Shown one piece after another: positions 56,475 through 64,000 of a DNA stretch of 64,000 bases. Both the position numbers and the translations under genes were made by a program. Position 1 is the stretch's first letter. Every line of letters begins with the position of its first letter. The notes beneath the pieces are model-generated. The model worked only from the letters and a program-made list of their open reading frames with translations, was not told the DNA's origin and did not search any database. The stretch covers positions 124,001-188,000 of the forward strand of contig PDIP01000033.1 of the NCBI GenBank assembly GCA_002811645.1, in the 5' to 3' direction. The stretch comes from Corallochytrium limacisporum Hawaii (lineage: Eukaryota > Protista > Pluriformea).

Positions 56475-58655
56475 ATGGACCAAATGGTCCCGACCTCTTT
56501 ATTGGAGGCGATCACAGTACAAGGGCACCTGGTGATTGCCAGGGGCTACGTTACCCGTTTCAACACAATATGGCGAGCCATCATTGAGTTTACTATACTG
56601 GCGCTTGCAATAGCCATGGCGATCTCATTGGTATTCCTGCACGGGCACTTCGTAGCCGGTACTGGTTGCATGGATATCATACCGCCTGTAGAACAGACAC
56701 CAGTTGCAGTCACCAGTAGTGCGCCAGATATCTTACAAATTAAGGTTATGCAACCACCACCGGAGATCGACCACTCTATGCTAAGCTCATTACCTGCAGA
56801 GTACTTGTTGTATCTCTATTGGCAATCCGGACTGGATAACGTGTTCGGGATCTTTGACAGTGAAGGACTAAGCGTCTCCCCTGACGCTATTCTGTCATTC
56901 CTTAGACCGGGAGAGCAAGTTGGAAATGAGGGACGCCATAAATCGCGGACAGTGGAGTACTATGAGTTCAGTTCGGAGGCGGGTTTCCTTGCACTCACCC
57001 CGGACGCGAGAAAGCGCATGGGTCTGCATATTGCCACTCATGAAATTGAAATGGATCAAGAGTGCATTAGTGACCGTCTGCAGATACTGATCAATTACTT
57101 TACTGGACACGAGGCACTAATTGGCAACGCTGTGCTGAAGAAATACGCGGTACCAGGGAGCCATCGAGGCCGCGGCTTTCTGCACAATGTGTTCACGGGT
57201 GAGATTTGGAACTTGCATGAGATCACGCTCCCAGAGCACATCACCTTTTCCCAAAAGATTGATGGGTTTGTGACCGGTATGTTTATCTACTCTGTACTGA
57301 CCTCGTTGCTGACATACATGGTGTTCGACATTTTCAGCCGTATGTTCACGGTTTCGCGGCTGCGTCGAATCAGGTACGATTTTCTCCTGCGAGATGTGAC
57401 CAACTACGCATTGGGTTATATTGCCAGCCTGGGTCTGTTGGTGGGTCTACTGTTTATCGCCAAAACCTTCCTCGATGATCCATTCATCGCGGGGGAGTTG
57501 GTCATTATGTTGAGCGCGTGTGAGCTTGCGGCTTTGGTAGCAGCTCGTTCGGCAGTGTCCATGATATACTTCCCACAGTTTGTGCGCTTGTACACCATCG
57601 GGCTGCTCATGTATATGCATCTGTTTCCGTTGGGTTACACGCAGGTGGCCTTTTTCACATGCCTTCTGCTTACTCTGCACGCATTCTCGCACTTCTACCA
57701 TGCCTACGAGCTTACAAGTATTCAAGAGATTGCAAGGCGTACCCTGCAAGGAATGCCTGTCCGACAGAGTCGTATGGTTCGCAACTGGCTAACGGGAAGG
57801 CAGATGTTGGAAGTCTTGCCCGCCACGGGGCCGTTCGGCATGCAAAGAGCACGCGGATTGGCAGCTCAGGCTGCCATGCGCCAGGCTCAGGCACATGCAG
57901 CGACCAGAGGACAGGCCGGCTCGCAGGGTCAGCAGGCGCGGGTCCGGTTACCAAATTCACAGAGCCCAAATCCAACCACCTACTCGCGACTAGTAGCTCC
58001 TGGTTTTGTAGTCCGCGTGACTGTCGGTGGAAGTTCTGGTAGTTCTCCCGATGGTGCAACCGGGACGGCAGGGAGTCGTCCCCAGTCACAGCAATCGACG
58101 ACCGCGCGTCCGACGGGATCATCCGGAAGCACAGCCACGCATTCGCAGTTCTGTCGGCGGTCCACCGCGGCCTCTGGCGCGACACCGCCCACACGCGAGC
58201 CCCAAGAGCCTGTGGGACCGATCTATTCGCTCATGGGACACCCGGGAGTGCACTTTTGCATCGCACCGGGCCCCGGTGGGCAGCATACATTCCACATCTA
58301 TGATGTCAATGCTAGTGAAGAAGGAAGCATTCGTGATCGGTACCAAGTCCGCCTCCAGAGGCAGGATGGTTCCGCCTTTGAACCACAGATTATGCTCCAT
58401 CGCCATCGTCCACCAAACAGGGCCAATATCCCGGCTGCTGCAAATGCACCAGGACCTAGGAGAACTGAGCGTCAACAGCATCAACAAGAATCGCAACCAC
58501 AGCCAGTGCACTCACCGGCAACCACCAACAGTGAGGAGCCAACACTAATCTCTCGATCCATTTCATCGCCCACTGACCGTACAATCTCAGCACCGATCTC
58601 CCAACGGCTCAGCAGCGACGGCAGTCCTCCAGTTTTGGGTCCAACACCACAGTGA
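56475..58655 (+). CDS. TMEM259: Membralin-like multi-pass ER protein
   Basis: EFTILALA...LH..F, YEFSSEAGFLAL...R, GRGFLHN, YFPQF..LY...Y...FPLGY...YEL; disordered C-terminal tail. Confidence 0.8.
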   Translation: MDQMVPTSLLEAITVQGHLVIARGYVTRFNTIWRAIIEFTILALAIAMAISLVFLHGHFVAGTGCMDIIPPVEQTPVAVTSSAPDILQIKVMQPPPEIDHSMLSSLPAEYLLYLYWQSGLDNVFGIFDSEGLSVSPDAILSFLRPGEQVGNEGRHKSRTVEYYEFSSEAGFLALTPDARKRMGLHIATHEIEMDQECISDRLQILINYFTGHEALIGNAVLKKYAVPGSHRGRGFLHNVFTGEIWNLHEITLPEHITFSQKIDGFVTGMFIYSVLTSLLTYMVFDIFSRMFTVSRLRRIRYDFLLRDVTNYALGYIASLGLLVGLLFIAKTFLDDPFIAGELVIMLSACELAALVAARSAVSMIYFPQFVRLYTIGLLMYMHLFPLGYTQVAFFTCLLLTLHAFSHFYHAYELTSIQEIARRTLQGMPVRQSRMVRNWLTGRQMLEVLPATGPFGMQRARGLAAQAAMRQAQAHAATRGQAGSQGQQARVRLPNSQSPNPTTYSRLVAPGFVVRVTVGGSSGSSPDGATGTAGSRPQSQQSTTARPTGSSGSTATHSQFCRRSTAASGATPPTREPQEPVGPIYSLMGHPGVHFCIAPGPGGQHTFHIYDVNASEEGSIRDRYQVRLQRQDGSAFEPQIMLHRHRPPNRANIPAAANAPGPRRTERQQHQQESQPQPVHSPATTNSEEPTLISRSISSPTDRTISAPISQRLSSDGSPPVLGPTPQ

Positions 58656-59091
58656 CTTTAAAGAAAATAAGGCAATAGGGAAAGGCAATACAGCATCCAT
58701 TTCATCTAACGACTGAGGTTTCGCGTTTTGGGCCAGCGGCCAGGCCCCCCCCCCCCGGGAGGGTGGTTTCCCAATTTCCTCCGCAGAGGGAACACACCCC
58801 CTCCCTCTCTTCTCTGTGGCTAGCGACCGAACGCGCTAAGATGGAAATTTTACCCCGCTGAAGCGGGACGCCGTCCCCGAAGAACAACGACTTGGTGACG
58901 CTGAAACGGAGCGTATTTCAAAGGATCAGACTCTCACCATAAGTATGCCAATTATTTAATAAAGCACCAATGGAAACAAATTTTAGAGAAAGAGGACGTC
59001 TTTTTTGACATCATTTGTAGTATGGAACGAAGATGTGAATCGAAATAAGCAGTTCGAGTGCTGACGGATAGAATACACAGAGCCAATTACC

Positions 59092-60657
59092 ATGAAACGG
59101 TTACGGAAGGCTCTCGGAGGCGGTGGCAATGCAGCCGTTGCGCCAAGCAAACTTGGGGCTGCTGAACGTCTCTCAACGGAGGTTAGTATGAGACCATCAT
59201 TGCAAGACACGGTACTCCTCGAAAAGAATCTTTTGGCCAAAGCGGAAGACAAAGAAACGGGCCAACTGCAGTGTTATACACTGATCCAAGCTGCTCAGAA
59301 TACACTTATGGACATGGAAATTGTACCTACGGCAGTAATAGAACTAGTGGACATGGTATATAGACACCCGGAAGCATATATTCAGGTAATAGTTACCAGC
59401 GTACGGGAATTGCGCAGCTACGATGGTACGGCGGAGGTGATCATCGAAATGATCATTGCCCAATTGGCCATCCCCACTCAGCAGACATTGCAACGGCTGG
59501 TCCGTATTCTGCACAACATTTTTATGGCGCCTCGGGCTGTGGTCTACGAGAAGCGCAATGTGCTCATCGTCTGGTTGTTTCTGCTGTGGTCCCTGCGGTC
59601 TGAACGACTGCAGTCCATTGACCTCAACCCGCTGGTCGACATTGTTATGCAAAGTCTTGCGCTAGGTACTGAACCCATCCTCCAACTGTTCAGCAGCCTT
59701 GTGTTGGAGGCCATGCTTCAACGTAACGTCCATTTCGTCTACGCCAACCAGGTGAGCTTTGCAGAATATTTGTACACAGTGGTTAGCCTCTACCGCCAGA
59801 ATGAGGGCCTCCTGACCTGTTTAGAGCGCGAGGTACTCTTTGTCTGCAGTTGGATGCTTGATGGTGTGCTGCCACATCGATTTTGGCGGCCACAGCCGAG
59901 GCCTCAGGGGCCCAATCGGCACATTCGCATGTTACCCTTACACCCACAAACCACGGTCAAGATGAGTCCTGACGGGGCGGAAATCCGCAACGACGGACAT
60001 ACCTACGAAGTGCTGCGACTCACGGCAGGTGCAAAGACTGGCAAATGGTTCTTCGAAATTACCATTCTGACAAAGGGTATTGTTAAGATCGGGTTCGTGC
60101 AGGAGTCCGCACCAATAATGCAAGGTCAACAAGAGGAGGACCTCGGGATGGACGAATTCTCCTGGGCCTATGACGGCCACCGACAGCTGTTGCACCACGG
60201 GGACACAAGCTCAGTTTACACTACGTGCCCATGGCAGGCCGGCGTGGTGGTTGGGACGTACATTGACATGGAGGCCAAGCACATGATATTTACGGTGGAT
60301 GGGCACACTATCGGTAAGTGCTTCACCGATTGTGTTGATTTTCAGAACAACACGGACACACTATGCCCTGCGATCTCCCTGGGCCGATTCCAACACGTTC
60401 TCGTCAATTTCGGCACCACTGAGTTTCAGTACCCGCCACACAGTTTCGATGTCTTTGCTGCGGCACCATCGACTGGTCAAAACCAAAACTTGGACCGCTC
60501 GCGCAGCAACAGTAACAGCAACAACATTATCTACGTGCCACCGTCGCAGATGCTGCACATAAACGATGGCCAACACCACGGGGACTATGGACACAGTACA
60601 CCCTTGGCGGGCGCGGGCTATACGCCGGACCGGACGTCTCTTATTCAATGGCATTGA
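59092..60657 (+). CDS. SPRY-domain protein, RSPRY1-like but with no RING finger
   Basis: Helical N-half (RNVLIV), then KMSPDGAEIRND..YE..R, GKWFFEITILTKGIVKIGF, LGMDEFSWAYDG, PAISL..FQ..VNFG..F.YPP. Confidence 0.8.
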   Translation: MKRLRKALGGGGNAAVAPSKLGAAERLSTEVSMRPSLQDTVLLEKNLLAKAEDKETGQLQCYTLIQAAQNTLMDMEIVPTAVIELVDMVYRHPEAYIQVIVTSVRELRSYDGTAEVIIEMIIAQLAIPTQQTLQRLVRILHNIFMAPRAVVYEKRNVLIVWLFLLWSLRSERLQSIDLNPLVDIVMQSLALGTEPILQLFSSLVLEAMLQRNVHFVYANQVSFAEYLYTVVSLYRQNEGLLTCLEREVLFVCSWMLDGVLPHRFWRPQPRPQGPNRHIRMLPLHPQTTVKMSPDGAEIRNDGHTYEVLRLTAGAKTGKWFFEITILTKGIVKIGFVQESAPIMQGQQEEDLGMDEFSWAYDGHRQLLHHGDTSSVYTTCPWQAGVVVGTYIDMEAKHMIFTVDGHTIGKCFTDCVDFQNNTDTLCPAISLGRFQHVLVNFGTTEFQYPPHSFDVFAAAPSTGQNQNLDRSRSNSNSNNIIYVPPSQMLHINDGQHHGDYGHSTPLAGAGYTPDRTSLIQWH

Positions 60658-60761
60658 AAAATCTGATGTCTATTCCTGTTACTGTTTATGTACATATAAA
60701 AGAATGTTTGTAAGATAACGAAATGTGTCGTACTATGATCTGTCTCTCGAGTGGGCTTTGC

Positions 60762-61268
<507 letters not shown>

Positions 61269-61818
61269 TTATCTACAATGTTGCTGTTGAAAGAGGACTA
61301 CAACTTCATCTAATGGTTCTAAGTTCAATCGATTTGGAAACCCCAGTGTCCAGCAGTTCTTTATATCTTGTCTTTCGCTAACCCGAACTATATATCTCAT
61401 CACAGTTCTGTGCCGGGAGTGCTGAACACTCTTGCAAGTCTTTAATATCAGCCACACAGGCGAGCATAGCCGGTCAAAGCCTAAGACATCTGTTGCATTA
61501 GAAGCGTACCAGGAATGGGGTCGACTCCACAAGAATGTAACCCACGTCTCGAAGGATGAAACTGCGAGTTCTCAATGTATGGAGCGGGGGCCACCCCTAC
61601 CCGGGGGACCACGACGCGGCCGCAGGCAAACTGCCAAGGGGATCCTGTTCGGGACCGACAGAAGGGGACCGGGATCACTCACATAGGCACGAGTTCCCCC
61701 CCTCCCCCCCCACCCCCAAATGACTGCCTATATAAGACTTTATATATTTATTTTTCGCCTGGTACCTCCAGTAGTACCTTCACAACCCTCGTACTGGGCT
61801 TTCAAGCCCGGTATAGAG

Positions 61819-61891
61819 GGGGCTATAGCACAATTGGTAGTGCATCTGACTCCAGATCAGAAGGTTGGGCGTTCGAGTCGCTCTGGCCCCA
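61819..61891 (+). tRNA. trnW: tRNA-Trp (CCA), intronless
   Basis: Acceptor GGGGCTA/TGGCCCC, D-stem GCAC/GTGC, anticodon stem TCTGA/TCAGA with CCA at 61852-61854, T-arm GGGCG-TTCGAGT-CGCTC, then TTTT. Confidence 0.97.
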
Positions 61892-61939
61892 CATTTTCCG
61901 GCGAGTCAAGGTCTACCCCCCTAACTATAGGGTCTACAA

Positions 61940-61941
<2 letters not shown>

Positions 61942-61979
<38 letters not shown>

Positions 61980-62092
61980 NNNNNNNNNNNNNNNNNNNNN
62001 NNNNNNNNNNNNNNNNNNNNNNNNNNNNNNNNNNNNNNNNNNNNNNNNNNNNNNNNNNNNNNNNNNNNNNNNNNNNNNNNNNNNNTTTTTTT
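61942..62092. repeat. Poly(T) tract interrupted by an assembly gap
   Basis: About 38 T, then Ns, then T. Confidence 0.9.
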
Positions 62093-62143
62093 GTGCTTTT
62101 TTTCCTCCCCCCGCAGTTCCTGCGCGTTTGCATTTCAACCCTA

Positions 62144-62153
62144 CGCGCCAAAA
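62144..62153 (-). promoter_or_regulatory. Candidate E2F site (TTTTGGCGCG) upstream of HAT1
   Basis: Matches the E2F consensus TTTSSCGC about 240 bp before an S-phase histone-deposition gene. Confidence 0.35.
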
Positions 62154-62379
62154 ACACAACAGCCTGGGCAGTGGTGGTAGCACCGTGGATCCCCAATTCG
62201 TGGACCCGGATCGGCGGGATTTGGGCTGTGTCGGTAATGTTTCCGATAAAGGCTATAAGATGTAAACGACCGATGGGTTCGAGTGATTCCTATTCGGCCG
62301 AATGGGATAGGTGGAGAGCTGGATTATGGCAGAGTGTGATAGAATCACGTTGCTGTCTGTTCGTTGGTAAGGAGAAGAT

Positions 62380-63570
62380 ATGCCCTCAATAGTAGCCATG
62401 GACGAAGAAGTGGTGCTGCAAGACATCGATGCTGAGGCATTGCGTGAGTATGTCTCTGACATGCTTGAATGTACCAAAATCAAACTGGTTGATCGGGAAG
62501 GTAAAGAGCTCGCTGAGTTTGCACCTGAGTACATGCACCAGGTCTTCAATGAGGAGCAAGTTTTTGGCTACAAAGATCTGAAGCTCTGCTTTACATATAC
62601 TGCAGGATCTCTGGACCTCTATGTGAGCGTCGACTACGCGGAAAAGATTGATCAGAAGCCATTTGAAGCCGAAGACATTCTCAAACTACTCCGTAGCTCC
62701 TTACTGCCGGAGGAGACCTCCTTTGTTACGTCCTCCGGTGAGTTTGAAGCAAAGTGCATGGAAAAACAGAAGGACTTCAAGCCTCATGGCACTTTATTGC
62801 ACAAATATGACCGGGAAGACAAAGCTATCGAGGGCCAAATGAACCACTGCGAAATTTATACCGTGCGGCCTGCAGAGTCAGCCGCATTCCGCAGCTATCT
62901 GGCCCAAATGGAGACCTTTGCCTTGTACTTCATTGAAACTGCAGCCTACATTGACGGAGAGGACGAACGGTGGAATTTTTATGTGTCCTACAGAGTGGTA
63001 AATGACGAGGAATACGAGTTGATCGGATACACATCGACTTACGATTTCTATGGCTACCCGGACGGCAAGCGGGTGCGCGTCGCCCAGGTCGTTATTCTGC
63101 CCCCGTTCAAGGGCCGTGGTCATGGTCGGGAGCTGTTGAAATGCATATACACTGCAGGTGAGTCCGACGCTACGGTTGTAGATGTGCAAGTTGAGGATCC
63201 GAGCCCGGCGTACCAGAGTTTGCGCGATGCTCTAGACCTCGAGCGTGTGCTTAAGGCCAAGCTGGTTGACTCCGGGGTCAAGGATCTCCGAGTGCCCAAG
63301 GAATTTTACGAGCGCGCACGGAAGCAACTGAAATTGGGCCGTAAGCAGGCTAAGAAAGTATATCAGATGGCCATTCTGAAGAACACAAACATGCTGGACG
63401 AGAACCAGGCCCGGGAATACCGCCTGGGATTCAAGCGATCACTGTGGAATGCCGTTGGGGACGACCGGAACGCCAACCCGGAGGAACTCAAGCAGAGCCT
63501 GGAGGCAATCTACCAGGACACTTTGAAGCATTACCAGGACTGCATCGACCGTGTAGACGCACGATCGTGA
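62380..63570 (+). CDS. HAT1: Histone acetyltransferase type B catalytic subunit
   Basis: FAPEYMHQVF.EEQVFGYKDL, FIETAAYID..DERW, RVRVAQVVILPPFKGRGHG, VEDPS..YQ.LRD. Start may be ATG 62398. Confidence 0.95.
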   Translation: MPSIVAMDEEVVLQDIDAEALREYVSDMLECTKIKLVDREGKELAEFAPEYMHQVFNEEQVFGYKDLKLCFTYTAGSLDLYVSVDYAEKIDQKPFEAEDILKLLRSSLLPEETSFVTSSGEFEAKCMEKQKDFKPHGTLLHKYDREDKAIEGQMNHCEIYTVRPAESAAFRSYLAQMETFALYFIETAAYIDGEDERWNFYVSYRVVNDEEYELIGYTSTYDFYGYPDGKRVRVAQVVILPPFKGRGHGRELLKCIYTAGESDATVVDVQVEDPSPAYQSLRDALDLERVLKAKLVDSGVKDLRVPKEFYERARKQLKLGRKQAKKVYQMAILKNTNMLDENQAREYRLGFKRSLWNAVGDDRNANPEELKQSLEAIYQDTLKHYQDCIDRVDARS

Positions 63571-63695
63571 AGAGAACAGCGATTTTACAACGGCGTGAGC
63601 TTTCATAAAAAACTATGTAGGTCCTTGATGTATTGAAGTTGCCGGAAAAGAACAGTATAGAACTCTCTCCAGCGTGGCCAGCGCATTGACGACTT

Positions 63696-64000
63696 TCAGT
63701 AGCCAAACTTGGCTTCCGTGGCAGTAACATACTCTTCCATCGGGTCCTTGTGCTGCTTGGACTGGAAGATCAGGCGCGCGTCCGGGGTGAGCAGGTCAAG
63801 GTCAGCTTCATTGCGGATTAGACCCGGAGGTAGGGCCCCAACAAGGCGACTCGCATGCTCTCGTAACATGCGCTGTCGCTCCTCTTCGATAATCCGGCGA
63901 CGGATCTCCTCGTGTTGTGCCTCCATACGGGCCTCCTGAATCTCGGCCTCCTGCTCCATCCGTACACGCTCGCGGCGCTCCGCGATGAGCGCCTCCACAG
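63696..64000 (-). CDS. MNS1: Meiosis-specific nuclear structural protein 1 (axonemal microtubule inner protein), 3' end only
   Basis: IIEEERQRMLREHASRLVGALPPGLIRNEADLDLL matches the MNS1 C-terminus. The gene continues beyond the window. Confidence 0.8.
   Translation of the reverse strand, partial: VEALIAERRERVRMEQEAEIQEARMEAQHEEIRRRIIEEERQRMLREHASRLVGALPPGLIRNEADLDLLTPDARLIFQSKQHKDPMEEYVTATEAKFGY

Overview
Gene-dense, almost intron-free eukaryotic (opisthokont) DNA. It holds about 27 protein-coding genes and one tRNA-Trp(CCA). I found no recognisable mobile element or CRISPR array, and there are four N-gaps. The gene set mixes animal-like genes (RSU1, PHD-bearing TAF3, ZMYND19, RSPRY1-like, nardilysin, membralin, MNS1, ARMC6) with a fungal/plant-type asparagine synthetase. 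With only one clear coding intron, this suggests a compact unicellular holozoan such as Corallochytrium; that is an inference, not shown by the sequence. Most notable: (i) the two subunits of propionyl-CoA carboxylase (PCCB, PCCA) sit as a head-to-head pair; (ii) a type-I membrane receptor fuses a eukaryotic EGF module to a bacterial-looking vWA/MIDAS domain, lies behind the largest non-coding block, and is next to a bacterial-looking histidine phosphatase; (iii) a G/C-homopolymer island lies upstream of nearly every gene; (iv) an unexplained self-complementary segment lies at about 4.95-5.26 kb. All family assignments come from motif recognition by eye, with no database search.
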